NCBI GenBank assembly: GCA_021432655.1
Contig: MU271202.1
Span: forward strand, 106,602 to 170,601
Length of the DNA stretch: 64,000 nucleotides
Origin: Atractiella rhizophila
Lineage: Eukaryota
Direction: 5' to 3'
Numbering within the stretch: position 1 is the first letter of the stretch; each line of letters begins with the position of its first letter. Both the position numbers and the translations under genes were made by a program. Below, piece by piece: positions 21,941 through 36,447 of the stretch. Below the pieces are notes generated by a model. The model saw only the letters and a list, made by a program, of their open reading frames with translations. It was not told where the DNA came from and did not search any database.

Positions 21941-24900
21941 TTACTGTAACCAACTTGAGATTCACTTTTGACAGGGAAGGCGAGGACCTACCAAATAAGC
22001 TTGCCAGCCGTGAAACATATCGCATAAATTTTGCACATTTATCGCTTCCTGGATAACTTGATTGACCGTATACTCCACACTGAGATTGGTCGATAACTTC
22101 TCTCTAACCAGGGCGATAGCACGCGCTCCATCTTCGTGCACTCGCAGCCAATCTCCTTCCTCGCCATCTGCGATCCCCTGAGCTGCTTTTAGCTTCGCTC
22201 GATTGGCTGTCCTGCGATGTAGCATGCCATCAACTAAAAGCGAAGAGAGATGTAAAAAATACAAACATACCACCGTTGTAATGGATCATAGTTGAACACC
22301 TCCAAGATGGTCATCAGCACAGCAGATTTCTCGCGCAAGACCCGGAGGGTCTCTTGAGAACATCTTCTGAAAACGCCTTCGACACCAGTCATTCCTAGTC
22401 CGTCGACGACTTCGCGAGTGAGACGGAAAGGAACTTTTTCAGGCTCGGGAAGAAATTTGCCCTGCACACTTGTCAGCTCAGAGGTTCACATATGAAGAGA
22501 CACATACTGCTTCAAAGGCTATTCCGAGATCAATCTGCACAAATTCTCCCCTCACGTTATCTATCAAAATATTGGACGTGTGTCGATCCCCTAAACCAAC
22601 AAGGAAGCCAACCATAGAGGTGACGGCTACACTTCGAGCATAATTGAGTCGCATCTCGAACCATGCAGAAGGAAGACGCTGCGTCTCGAAGAAGAAGTGT
22701 CGAAAAACTGGCTGAATGGCCTCAAGGAGCTTTTGAAAAGCCTTCATTCGAGCTTCTCCTTTAGCATCCTTCAAAGAAGCTCTTGCAGAATTAAAGATAT
22801 CACGACCGCCGCCGTGGTACCTGAACAAGCTTTAGGTCAAACAATAACTAATCTGTGCGGTGCAACTTACCGCTTGTGGGCATCGTTCAGCCAGTCCCCA
22901 AAGGCCCTCATGTTTTCAAGAAATTGGATCACTCCTTGAGTCGAAGAAAGCGGTATAACTTTATACGTCCGGAATCTGAGGGCTCTTCGACGTGTGCGAT
23001 CATCTTTCGAAAGAATGACGTTGACGAGATCAAAAACTTGCTCCATTACTGCATCTTGACGGAGATCTTCGTTCTTTCCTGCTTTGGCCTGACACAACGA
23101 GGTCAAAGGTAGCACAAGAACGAGTACAAGGGGAAAACGTACCAATTCTTTACGCTTTGTCCCATCCGTGCCATAAGAGGTGATGATTTTAGGGCGAGAA
23201 TTACCCGTTGCGATTTTGAAACTGGGATCGTAGGAACGGATCAGAGGAGCGTGAGAGGGTCCATATTCAAGTCTAGAATCGAAGGGCAGTGGAATGGTAG
23301 GTATCGGAACTCTACTATTGGCCACCAGTCTAAGCGTCTCTGGGGAAATTTGCGTCTCAACTTTCGCTTTGGCTTTCTTCCATTCCACGTTCTTCGGCGG
23401 TGGGGGACAAACGTCCTCGTAGAAGTCCAGAAGCTTCTTCAGGCTCCCGACCTGTTCCACTCGGCTTTTATCTCTTTGGACGTATTCTATGACCCCTTTT
23501 GCGGCTTTCGCCCGCGATTCAGCATCCCCCTCCTCCGCCTCTCTCCGAGCTAAGGCGTGTAGATCATAGAGGACGTGGAAAGGATGTTCCAATGCCAGTC
23601 TTTGGAGAAGAGAGACCAGATTCTTTTGAAAGGTAGCTCCATGACCGTTGCCTTTGGTCAGGCGCCCCGTAAGTTGGGGAGACAAGACGGCGAATTTTTG
23701 GCTTGGTGGTCCACCTTGCTGAAAGTGTTCCCTAATGGACACATTAAAATCCTCGTCCTGCCCAAACTCCATCCACAAAGAACAAAAGCGGTAAACGCAA
23801 TCGTCAAATCCGTCGCAAGAACTGAGAGTTTGAGCAAACATCTTAATTGCCGTGAGTCGAAAGTGTATGAGCTCCTTCTGGAGCTGAAATAGTTGTTGTT
23901 GGTCCGTATTCTGCACCCTTTTCGCTTTAGCAGCGATAGCCTGGAGAGACTCGTCCTTGGGCGCCCTCTGGTGCGTGCGTGTCTGGGCTGAGGAAGAAGG
24001 TGTTTGCGAGCCATTTTGGCTTGCCCGATTGCGAATCCGATCGTATTCAGAAAGCCTCATGAATTCGTCCGATTTCGATATCGCTTGGAATTGATGGTCG
24101 GCAAAGCAAGCATACTGATAGTACACATGTCCACGAACCGTTCCCTCTTCATTTGCGACCAACTTGATTGCTGGTTCGAAGAATTGATCACGAACGTCTG
24201 CACGACTCAGCATCTTAGCCTCAGCACTCCAGTGACCCTAAAGTCGAGTCAGCAGGAAAACTGTTGCAACGTAGATTACTTACCCGCCTTGCCAAAGTGG
24301 AAGCGGAAGACTTCGCTTGCTTTAATGTTTCAAGCGCCAGCACGGTTTCACCTCTCAGCCATAACACTTCTGCAAATTCCTTCACGACATCATTTAGTAG
24401 GTCCGCATTTAGAGAGCCGCTTTTATTCAACTGCATCGCTTGAAGGATAGAATTCCAAGCTGACTGGTCATCGGCTGCTCTTCTTGCCAATTGACTTCGC
24501 TCTATCAGAGAACACCTTTGGAGGTCTACATAGAGATCCGTCATGTCACCTTCATCTCCTATGGAGTTTTTCATTTCCTGTTGTCGCCGGGAATCAAGGA
24601 AGCAGATTTGATTCGCAAGTAGCTGTTCGGCAATGGGAAATCTGGTATCATTATCAAACAATGTCACCGTTTGTGCATGCTCACCTGAATGTTTCGCTGA
24701 GGGGAGGGAACATCTCCTCAAGCGGTTGGGTATCAATGGTAGCAGTCCAGACCAAAATATTCCGAAGACAAAGGAGGGAAACCAGAGCTTCTGAATCAGG
24801 ATTCGGGTTCGTTGTCGAGAGGGAGGAAAGCGCGATTACAGCTTGCATCACACCATTTGTGGCATGATCCCTCGCTATTTTGGGATCCCGCTCTCTGTAC

Positions 24901-27900
24901 AGCGCCCTTATCGTGGTGTACAGCGCAACCTGTGGAAGCCGCTCCATACCGGTCGTAACTGGCAGATCCCAACGTTGCGTCCGCCATGCTAACTCGTATG
25001 TTTTTCCGGGGCTGATGCTACTCTTCCGGTCTGATTCTATGGTCCCAGTGGCGTCGAGAAACATCCTTGCCAATCGGCTGAAACCCCCAGCAGAAAGAGA
25101 ATGGATGACACCGTCGGACGCCTTGCCCCGCGACGATTGATGTTTTGAGGCTACCTCAAGGTCGGCGCCAAATAACTCAAATGCCTGCAAATTAAGTCCC
25201 TCGTGGAGGTAGCTTCGTTTCAGAGATTGGAGAATGTCGGAGGACTGAATGCCATAGAGACCGTCGGGTTCATCTAAATGAGCGTAAACCTCGAAAAATA
25301 CCTCTTCAGCTTCATATCGTCGTGGATTGTCAGAAAACAGGTTGTCTAGCTCAGCTCCTAACTCAAGAAACATTAAGGCGGCAGGGTAATCCTGACAACG
25401 AAATGCCCCTCGCGCCAGGATCATGTAATCGATATTTAGCCAAAAGTTGATAGCCGTGGCGTCTTCGTTCGGAAGCAGGAAATTGCGAAGGTAGATTACA
25501 AGATCTATGACAGTTCGAATCGAAAGTGGGGAGGACTGACGACTGTCGATAATGTTGCGAAAGTAAACAGACATTGCGTTTTTCCTTTGTTGACCAGAGT
25601 CGTTTGAAGGTAACAGGATCTGAGCAACAAGGTAAGGAAGGGTGTCCACCGCAAAAGCAACATCTTGTTCGAGGATTGGCACTAGCTGTGAGTAGAATAA
25701 ACATCCTTTCTGTGCGTCACACACGTCAGCCAAGAGGCAAGAAATCCGTGTCACCCATGAGGTGTGATCCCGCGCTAGATCCAGCCATTCTTCCTTCTCC
25801 AAAACCGTTAGATTCTTTTCCATTGGCGCACGAGTGGTGGATAAAAGCCGATCTTCGTCGCGCAACAGAAACTTGCACTCTGGCAGCTGATCTACAGATT
25901 TAATGTCACGTGAAATGTGAAGGAGATTGCGAAGTATAGGAACGGTAGTCCTAATAACTGAAAGATCGAAAGAATTGAGTGTAAGCGCCAGTCGTTCGAT
26001 GACCTTAAAATGGAGACTTTGATCATTGACAGATATTTGCCTCGCGGTCCTGCATGAATCTGCGCTGGCATCGATGTCGCGAAGAAAGTTGTCTCCCAGG
26101 TGTGGCCACCGAACGGCACCATTGAGCGAGAAGATAAGATTTGCCAAATCTTCCGATCCTTTCTTGTCAATGTCTTCCGCTGTTAGGTTCACGAGCAGCC
26201 TCCATACCAATGTAGCGATTTCCTCTGTTGAAGGTCGTCCCGAATCTCTGAAGTCAGAAATGAACTTGACGAGACTGGAAAGTTGGTGGGCTTTCTTTTT
26301 CGATCGGAGGACGAGGTGAAGGATCTCTGCCTTAATGTCAAATTCCGCGATTTTCAAGTGCGGTAATAAAGCCATCGTGACTCTTGCGTGTACTCGGAAG
26401 TAGCGGATATCAGCAGACGTGGCAAGTTTCGCCAATAGCCCACGTAAAGCGTCCTCAAACTCAATGGACCTTTCAAATAGATCAGGATTACCGCTTTGCT
26501 GCATTTGAGTGGCCACCATAGCGGCGGCCACGAGGCAATCTGAGAGAGGAAAGGCTTGAATAGTGTCGATTTCCTGCTTTATCTTCTTCATAGCGAGAAA
26601 ATCCAGGAATGACTGGAATACAGCGCTGGCAAATGCGAAAAGGTCGATCTGAGCTAGTAAACATACAAAGCCGCGAAGTATTTGTACCAATATGGCAGCG
26701 TCTCCTGTCATCGGAAAGCCTGTGGCAAAAAGCAGCAAAATTTGGCTAATCCGTTGAAGCTGCTCGTGAGGGAACGGGAGCACTGCGATGGAAGTGATGA
26801 GCTCGTGGAAAAGGTCGTACATGATCCCTGAAACTTTGTTCTTCTTCTTACTACTAACACGGCCACTGTTGCCCTTCACCTCCTCTAAAAACCAGCGTAA
26901 TGCTTTGTAAACAGTCTCTGGCTCATATAGTTTGATGCCGGACAAGGCCACGAACTGACTCTGGACTTGTCGTATGAGTCGCATCATAACATCTTTTGAG
27001 TCCTTGTCGAAATAATGGTTCTCCACCCCCAAAGGACCAAGCCTTGAGCAATCCTGTTCGTGGAAAGCGAGCACGATGTTCTCAATAATCTCCTGTGATG
27101 GCAACGGAGGCTGACCGTGAGCCTCGTGGGGCAGGATTTTTTGTATTGACGCCCGGAGAGGTTCACTTTCCGGTGCTTTGGTGGGATGATCTTTGAAGGC
27201 TTGAAGGATAAGCGTCGCAATAATCTGCGGAGTACACCTTTGCAGAGCTGCAGTTGAGGAGATACCAAGAGTTCTAGCCATCTCATCAAGTCGGTCCAAC
27301 TTTCGAGCGCGATAACATTTGGCTCCAAAATATGGTAAAACAGTAAGGAGGTGTTCCTTTTCTGTGGAATACCCGAGCAATGAGATCGGAGGTCGGAAAT
27401 CGAAATAGAAATCTCGTCCCAGGTCGCGTACAAAGAGAGAATGCAAGTGTGCCAGGTTGTTCAAACCCAGACGCTGAACGATACCCCTGAGGAGGCATTC
27501 TGCGAAAGGGATATAAACTGAAAATTCTGAAGGAACTCGTAGAATGAGATTATAACATGAAGAGCGGCCTCGCGTGCCGGCAACCATCAGGTTTGAAATG
27601 GTAAGAAGCCTCACCAGCTGCGCCTCTGGAGCTTCATTCTCCCCTTCACTCAGGTTTGTTACGACTCCCATCCGAAACTCGTCGCAAGACTCCTCGGTAC
27701 GGTTAAGTTCAAACTGTGAAAAAACGTGTCCTACAGCCGATGTTGTCTTAAAACGAACTCGAAAATCGACGTCGTGCAACAGCTCTAAAAGAACGTCGCT
27801 GCTCTTCTGCAGTTGCGCCAAATATTTCTCCCATAAAACTTCGTGAGGATCAAGTTCGAGGTACTGCTGTAGAAGAACCGCAGATCTGAGGCGAGTGCGC

Positions 27901-30900
27901 CATGTCGATTTCGGAAGCTGTTTAACACGATGTCCGAGGAATTTAAAAACCTCTTCCCGAAGGCTCGAATGTTTGGTATCTGTGAGCTCCTTCCAAAAAG
28001 ATCTCATCATAGCAATGACAAATTCGAGAGCCAGAAGCTTTACTTCCTCACTCTTATTAAAACCTTGTGGTTCAAAAAGTTCCTTCCCGAAATGAGCAAG
28101 AATTTCTTCTGCTTCGTGGAGTTTCAGCTTTAGGCGGCCAGAGTAAAAGCTGTCGCACAGTGGTTGCCAGAAGGATAAAATCTGGTTCGGTTTGCAGCTC
28201 TCGACGACTTTTACAAGCCAGATCTGATGGTTTTGACGAATGTTGAAGCTGTTGATGATTGCGGCGTAACAGAATAGTCGTGCCATTGGAAGTTGCCTTG
28301 GGATCTCTCGTATGCTCGCCAGGCGTAGTATATGTTCGAAATTGGAGGATGATGAGTTGATATGATCGTCTTCCAGGAACAGTGTTGTCGATTGTGAACG
28401 CACATGCACAGGATCTGCAGTGAGAATGGACTGAAAAGCTGAGAACAGGGGCTGAAAAGCATCGATGACGCCTGGTATCCGCCACAAATGAGACTGCAGC
28501 CGATCATTGTCTGCCTCTACAGCTGGCACCGGAACCAGTTCTCGTTTTATGCCAGAAGATAGAGAAGGCTCAAGGAGTCCTTCAAACAAGTTAATGGGAG
28601 GTGGTGCGGTGATAAAGAGGGGAAGGAATCTTCCAACCAACTGAGCAACTTCCTGAAAGTTGGAGGTTGGTCGTCTGAGCGCTTCTGCGAGGCAGCTCGC
28701 AGGGTTTTGGCATCCAACAACAAGGGCTGGGACGGCTTGTATGTTGTTCGAAGCGAGCTCGGCTTGAAAGAGAAGAGCGAGGACGAGCAGGTCCACCACG
28801 CGGCGGAGTTTGTCCACAGTCCAATTGACCATGCATGTATTATCGACAATCTCATCTTCATCAAAATTGCAGCACTTCGCAAGCATTTTTCGCAAGTATT
28901 CGGAGAGAGAACGTTGGATGTCATTGGGAGGCTCAGCATTGGTGTGCCTGAAAGTGTCTTCGTTCGAAGTGGATCCTGCGACTTACGTGAAAAGATGCCG
29001 CTTCAGATCTGTCACTAACGTACCATCACTGCATTCACTTGCTGACCTCAAACGATACTCAGGGAGGCAAGCTTCTACCAAATATCCGCGTGGTATGGCT
29101 GTTGCAGCTTCTTCCTCAGCATGCGCGACGACGGGGCAGTCAGGCTTTAAGCAGGCTTCGCGCGGAATGGCAATCGTATTGAGCTCTGAAAGGGCAGCAA
29201 GCAATCTGAGAAGATTCGTAGGCTCGAAATATATGTCCGAGCTGCCAGAAACTCTCCAAGCCGATTTCTGAATCCAATCCAGAGGGTGCTGCCACGAGTT
29301 CAAGAGCCAACCGAAAATTTTCTGATGACACTGGACCTTATAGAGTCTGATGTTCTTGGTGGCATATTCGATGCAAAAAGTCAGAAAGAGGCAAACAGAA
29401 TCTGAGGGGAACGTTGGCCCTTGAAGTTGGAGCTCTCCAATAAGCTGGTCAATTGAGTCTTGAAGTTCAGCGTCCTCAATCAAGGACCCGTTCAACATGA
29501 ATATATTGAGAGCATGAGCAGCATAACGCGAGAGAAAAGGGTCAGACAGCTTCTTCAAGCAAAATTTCCAAAGATAGAGCCAATTTTCCGTGGGAGAATG
29601 AAGCGTCTGGAAGTCATGATTGGGATTCTTTCTTGCAGGAGAAGCTGATGTACGGTCATGCCGATTTTCTTGGGAATCTAGTAGCCCAAAATTACCCACG
29701 GACGCCATACAGAGTAAGGTCCACCGTAAAGTGCTCGCATCTGCAGTAGCATAGAGGCCGAAGAGAGTACGCGTGATGCTATGCTTCAGAGAAGCCGGAA
29801 AGCTGTCCGAGTGCCAATGTCGTTCGATCAGGAAGAGCAAAAGCTGTAGACGATTCGCGCGAGGTGCTGATGTGTCCGAAATATCTTCGAGAATGATTTC
29901 AACAGGGTTTTGGACCTTTCACACGCAGCGATCGGGTCAGAATAGTTACACGTACCCAGTTAAAAGAGAAGATAGTGCATACATACCCTTGGTCGTTTCA
30001 ATGAACTCCCTGATTCATCACCTCGTCCAATGAAACCTTCCAGCTGGATCAACTTCATCAAACAATCCGCGCCAAGCTCCATTAAAGTCCAAGTGAGCGC
30101 ATGATCTTTGGAGAAACCATTCCCGAACCTGACTGTTTCTGTCTCAAAAGGCTTCCTCTCAAACTCACCCCACTTTTCTTTACCCTTCCCTTTCCCGAAA
30201 TACACCTCCAAACGTTCATGATTTGGTCCTAGTCTCAAACAATCGAAGCTGAGCTCTCCAATCTTGCAGTGCTTAGCTTGAGGGTCTGCGAGGATGGTGT
30301 CTAATAGCTCTCGGCACCGACTTTCGTCGTTCTCAGAGTCATCCTCAAAGTCACCAAAAGGCTTTGACAGTGCAGGGTCGACGATGCGGTCCATCCCCTG
30401 AGCCACGTTGACGAATTTCGGAAGCAAGGTGAGGAAAGGCCACAGTTTCTTCAATGATATAATGAGCTGTTCCTTTAGAGCCAAGGTCTTCGTATGCCAA
30501 AGCTGAAGTAATAACGGGTACAACTTCCGAGCAACAATCGAAGATATCTTCCTGTTATTCATAGTCGCCTCTGACAGGAAGTCGTTAAAGGCTATCAAGA
30601 TGTGCAAATGCGCTGATGTCTCCTTAGGGAAGGAGGAAAAGAAGCAGATGAATCGGGATGCCAGAGCGTCGCAGTTCTCGACGATCGGTGCATTCAGATG
30701 GGTCATGAGAATGGAAATGACCGAGGCGAAGGAGATGACGAGAGGGGAGACGGACGTGTGAGTTGACCCTCTCGAACTCTGCGTTTGAGTTGACATCTGG
30801 GTTTGAGTTGGTCTCGACGATTTGGTAGGTGGCGGCAGAGAGTAGACGCCAATCTCGTAGTCATCCTCGTCTTCGTCGCTGATGACACGCTTTTTGCTTT

Positions 30901-31525
30901 TACTACGAGGGTCCTTCAATGTCCTCGCCACCTCCGGAGATTTGGAGGAAGTAAGGTCGAGCCACCACTCCTCCTTATCCGAGAGACCTTCATCTCTCTC
31001 CATATCCTGCTTCCCAAATATCGCTCCCCAGCTAATGCCCATCAGCACTTCCCACCCTATCGCGTCCAGCTTATCCAGATGTCCTCCCCCTCCGTTGTTC
31101 GCGTTATACGTCCACAAATTCTTGAGTATATCAGCGTAGTCCTTCGCGTAGAGATCTGGTACGCTCCCGTCTGCTTGCAACACTTTTTGCGCATGCTCTA
31201 CGATGGAGTTGACACGACCAGAGTTGAAAATAGCCTGACACTTCTCGGTATATATCTTAAGGGCGGAGATGGACTGGATGAACCGGGTTCTCGTGGCAGC
31301 TGCCGGTCCACCAGCCTTTGTTGGTTTGTAGAAAGCATTTCTGAAATCTCGGATGGTCCGTAGAAGCTGCTCGAGGAGGTTCTTGTGGTCCCTGTAGCAG
31401 TGAAGAATGTCAAGTGGAGTGTTGGATAGATGATCAATCAGCTTCGTGATAGCTTCGACACGCTTTGTGACTGGACCGTTGCCTGCCAAGTCAGCCACGA
31501 TCTGATCCACATGCTGGTCCATCAT
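21941..31525 (-). CDS. TEL1: PIKK kinase Tel1/ATM
   Basis: N-terminal TAN-like helix, long HEAT/FAT region, kinase motifs [31 protein letters not shown] and [21 protein letters not shown], and FATC end MFHGWQAYL. Confidence 0.93.
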
Positions 31526-32779
31526 TCGCTTGTCACGACAAGCAGGTGCCTTCAGGTGCAATACATGAACATAAACACACTCAAAATTGCCAAGCCATAC
31601 GAGGAGGAGGGAAAGACGCACGCTTGTTGTCTCCTGAACAGCTCAAGCCTCGATCGGTTCCAGCAAGTGCCTCAACTTCGGCAGACTACGAGTATCTCCT
31701 TCTCTTATGGGTTCAATCGCGTAAATGCCACAAATTGAGCGATACGCGCGTCACTTCTGCAGAATTGTTTCTCCCTTGCTTCTCCAACAATCTCGTTGGT
31801 CGTGTGTCTGGTTTGTCAAACTTTAAAAGTTCAGAGCTTTGTGCAACTCATCCAGCATTGACACGATGCTCTATTGACTGCCTGTTTGGAATGACATCCA
31901 GACCGCGCACTGTTGAGGCACTTAACAGCAGTTGCCGACATCTGTTTTGCTTCCGTGCTGCAAAATGAAGAGCCGTCACTTGGAGGTTAAAACGTCTTCA
32001 AGATGTTAACAGTCTGCTGATCTGCCGCCCTCGCCACGCCACGAAGCTTTAACCAAATTTTGTGATGAAAGTGAAGCTTTGCATTGGTGTATTGTGCATA
32101 GGTTACAGCTACGTTGAGCTTAGGTCCAATGTGCATTTTTTTGTCCGAAATCAGGACAGACGCTTGTCAGGACTGTGACTTAACTATATCAGTTAACCGT
32201 GTTTTGCGTTGGCAGTCATTCCATTACACATTTGCCCGATCACATCACAAACTCTCGCTTTCTGACAGACATTGAACAGGGGACGCCTAAGATCTAACTA
32301 GATTCGCTTCCCTATTGCAGGTTATTGCCTTATGTTTTGGCTTCAGGTTATCCCACGTTCGTCATTACGACTCTGTCATTTGGCTTGTTGTTTTGTTCGG
32401 TTTGTGTTGAGCCTCATGGCTTGAAGCTTGAAGCTGCTTAATCTGGCACGCCTATGATGCTAATTGAACTCTGGAAATCGGGGTCTTGGCCTGCCTTGGC
32501 GAGGTGTGGATGCGGAGGATGAGAGATAGCTTGAATGCTTCGGGACGTCTTCTGAAAGGTGAAGAGAGAGCACGTTCCTTAACAGCCTCACCGTGACGGT
32601 GCTAGATTGCTTCAGGGATTGCTCGGAAGCTCCAATGGAATTGCAAAACATCAATTGAGGACTCGGAGCGCAACGTGTTGGTATTTTGGCTACAAAAGAT
32701 ACCTCTGCGAAGGACTATTCGCATCCCCCTTCCGAGGAGCCCTTTCCCCTTCGTTACTTCGGCTTAATATACATTCAAA

Positions 32780-35572
32780 ATGCTGCATCTTTCTCTCTTT
32801 CTCTCTGGATTTGTCGCCATCGCAGCAGCCCAATCCTCTCACGCCACCTCTACCTGTCCCGCTCCTAAACCCCTTCAGACGGCTTGGGAATTCATTCCTG
32901 CTGCAAGGAATGGAGGAAACGATTTCGGGCCTCCCGATTCCAAGGGTAACGTTGCCCCTTCACGTTGATTAAGTGAAATTGCTAACCGGGAACAACAGTT
33001 CCCCAAGGAAAGGACTGGAATGGTCAGCCGAAGAAAGGCGAGTATTGATCGTCGTCAGCTAAGATATTAATTTGTTTATTGCGGAATGCAGGTGGACCCA
33101 AAGGGCCGGCCAAAGTTCGCAACGTAAGTTCTTCCATACCATATCGGTCCTTGCAAAAGTGTGGAATCAACATGCCTTATAGATAATTATGGCCAGTACG
33201 TCTCTGCTTCTTCACAAGTGTCATCAGAAATTGACTGCTCAAACCAGTTCCTGATGGATTTGGTCCTGCCTCTCAAGCCTTCGCCCGCGATTACTCCCAA
33301 TATGTCAACCAAAAGGCTGGAAAAGGTGCGGTCTCCTGCGGTCCTCTTTATCGACCCAAACTGATAGGAGTGACACTGTAGGATGGAACAAAGTCCTGCC
33401 AGCTGATGAGCACCTCATCGGCAGCTTGAGGACGAGGGCATCCAACACCCTTGTCACGTATGTATCTCCATTGTCCTGATTTCTCGAGAGATCTGAGGAG
33501 TCGACGATGCATCTAGTGACTCTTCTGCTTCGTATGGCTGCTTCCTTGTGAAATAACAGGTGTTTACGAAGGAGCAGGGGAACCGCTTACTCCTGCGCCA
33601 TCAAGACCTACAACGGTGCTGTGGCTATTGGTGAGTCATTCTATCGACCGTCGCTGCATCGCGTACTAACCTGCAAATAGATGAAGATGGTAAAGCAATT
33701 CTTATCCTTTTAACCTTTTGAGAACTCACACCCCACCGGTTAGGGAACCCATGTGGCACAGTCTTGGAAGCGGTATGACACTGCTCCCATCTTTTCACCT
33801 CTAAGGTACTCAATTGCCTCGGGTGTATAGGCGAAGGCTCAAGGCTTCCACACCGGTCTTGTTGTCACCTCAAGGATCACTCATGCCACTCCTGCTGTGT
33901 TAGTAGCTGCCTGTACACTGCTGAGATATGCCTCTCTGACAACGGTGCCTGGATTGGAACAGCTTCTACAGCCATATCTACGATAGGTTTGACTTATCCT
34001 CGAAATGTTCCAGAAATTCTGACTTCAATTTGATGACAGGGATGCCGAAGACAAGATCGCAGAAATGCTGGTGGGGAATACGCCTCTCGGACCCGTTGTC
34101 GACGTTGCTCTCGGTGGCGGTGAGCTCTTTCCTTCTTTAACAAAGGTCATTCTCCAATGTCGAGTATGCAGGACTCGCCTTCTTTCTACCGAATACCACG
34201 GACGGTTCTGATCGCACAGACTCCCGCGACATCCTTGCTGAGGGACGCAAGTTTGGCTATCACACTTTCACCGATCGCGCCGGCTTCGATGCTCTGAATG
34301 GTGGAGACGCTCCTGCTGGTAAGAAACCTTACATCGTGTGTCTAGCTTCACCATTCCGCCTTCATGAGATATTGATGGGATATAGGGAGTCTTCACTGCG
34401 TCTCATATGAGCTATGGTAGGATGTTTCACTGATGAAGCTTTGATGAACGTTATTGATATGCTTTGGTTGAGAATAGAGATCGACCGTGACCCAGAGAAG
34501 GAGCCATCCCTTTTGGAGATGACAAAAACTGCACTCAAATCTCTGGAGCGTATGACGGCTGGAAAAGACAAGGGTTTCTTCATCATGGTCGAAGCGAGCC
34601 GCATCGATCACGCAGGACATGGTAATGACATGGTTGGGCACTTGCATGAAATTCTCATGGTAAGCTTCACATTGCCTGTCTAACTCTCCAGAGTGGTAAC
34701 ATTTCGCTGTTAGTACAACCAAGTGATCGACTACTTGAAGCAATACGTCGACTCCGGAAAGGCCGGAGAAACAATCCTCATCTCCCATGCTGACCACGAA
34801 TGCGGAGGTTTGACGATGGGAGGAATCGCTACGAACGGTGAATACCTGTGGGAACCGGAGAAGCTTACAAAGTCCAAACACTCTGCTTCCTTCCTTGGAT
34901 CTCTCTGGTACTCCATTTCGTCTTTCCACGCTAACGCCCGACGAAACTAACTCTGCCTACAGGGCTAAATATGATGGGGACGATGGAGATAATTACCTGA
35001 ACGGTCTCTTCGAGCAATACGGAATCTTCGATGCCAAGTAAGCATCAATAGAAACCATAATGGAGCAAGGCTGACATTTCGTTTGCTTTTTAGTGCGACG
35101 GAGATCGCGGTTGCACAGTCGATCAAGAACAGCACGTCTCTGCTCGAATACCACTTCGGACAGTCGATGGAAAAGAGGGCCTTGGTGAGGTGGGCCACCC
35201 TCGGACACACTGCTGTCGACATCAACCTCTTGGGTTACGCACGCTCGCACGCTGATAGCAATCTTGACGTCCTCCGTGGGAACCACGACGTTCGTCCCTT
35301 CCCTTGCTTCTCTTTCCCTTCCTCTCGTCTTCGCCTGCTGATATGATGTCTTGCTTGTCTTTTTGATGTCGTAGAACACAGAAGCGGGTCTGTTTGTCGC
35401 CAACCAGCTCGGATTGGACTTGCCTGCGATCACGAAGAAGCTGAACAGCAAGGTGAACGAGAAGTGGCTAGTTAATGAGGTTGGAAGAGACCTCGTCGAC
35501 AATGGAGTCGTCACTGAAAGCAAAAGGAAGTTGGTCAGAAGGGCTCATGGACACGATCATACGCATGCTTGA
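32780..35572 (+). CDS. Alkaline phosphatase (PhoA/Pho8 family), highly intron-rich, with a predicted signal peptide
   Basis: Spliced motifs NIIMAIPDGFGPAS, VTDSSASGTA (catalytic Ser), RITHATPA, MVEASRIDHAGH, ADHECGG and GHTAVDI. Hydrophobic N-terminus MLHLSLFLSGFVAIAAAQ. Confidence 0.92.
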
Positions 35573-36447
35573 TGGTCCTGTCCCATCGCTTTCACGGGCA
35601 AGTTCAATGCGTTACCCGCCCTAGTACACCTACTTAGTTAGAAGAGAACTATCGTGTTGTTGCTTACTGTTTATTACCTACTATCTAGTACCGTCTTTTC
35701 TCTGCATCGTCAATTATTATCAACTATATCACTATTGCGAGAATTGGACTTTTAAGAAGGGCTCGGAAGCTTTTCTCACGGCTCAATGTACTCGCTGCCA
35801 ACGCTTCCTACGGTCACAATCGCTCGAGCGTATTGTTCGATAATAATATATTCGAAGCTGATGTTGTGGTGAGTCATGACTTAGCTTCGTCGATTGCATC
35901 TTCCTCGACGCGACGTACATCCCTCTCAGCGTCCATCATGTTGAACGGCGGACAGAAATCAGAGACAAAGTGGATGGTGGAACCGTTGGAACACGAGGAT
36001 GGGCTTCACATAGGTGAGAGAGATGTTGGATATACATCTAGCTAAGCCTTTTCACTTGCACAAAGCTTCCAGTGAGTTGTTTCATCAGCTTTACTACCTA
36101 ATACAGCCTGGCAGGAGCAAATGGATCTGCAGACCTTCTGGTGCCAGCGATAAGTTTGACCAAATCTTTTGTAGATTTGACCAACGTCCGAAATATTCCC
36201 GTCTATCCTCTGAGTCCCAAAAACGTTTTCAGGAATTTTCGACGTTTGCCATGTGAGCGCTGTGAAAGCAAGGGGAGACTATCGTGTTATTGATGGGATG
36301 TTGCTGACAGTCCCATCTCCGACTCACTCGACATTTATATAGGTTTCTGTGACTCTGTGGCTTGTCTCGCCATAGCCGGATTTATGCCAAATTCTGCTAA
36401 CCATCATTTCGACATAGAAAAGTTTTTTTTCGTCCTTTTATAGAGCC

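Noticed and set aside
35786..36260. Splice-like signals and fragments (LPTLPT; GTVGTRGWASH) hinting at an F-box or kinase relic
   Set aside because: I could not assemble a consistent frame or a second supporting motif.
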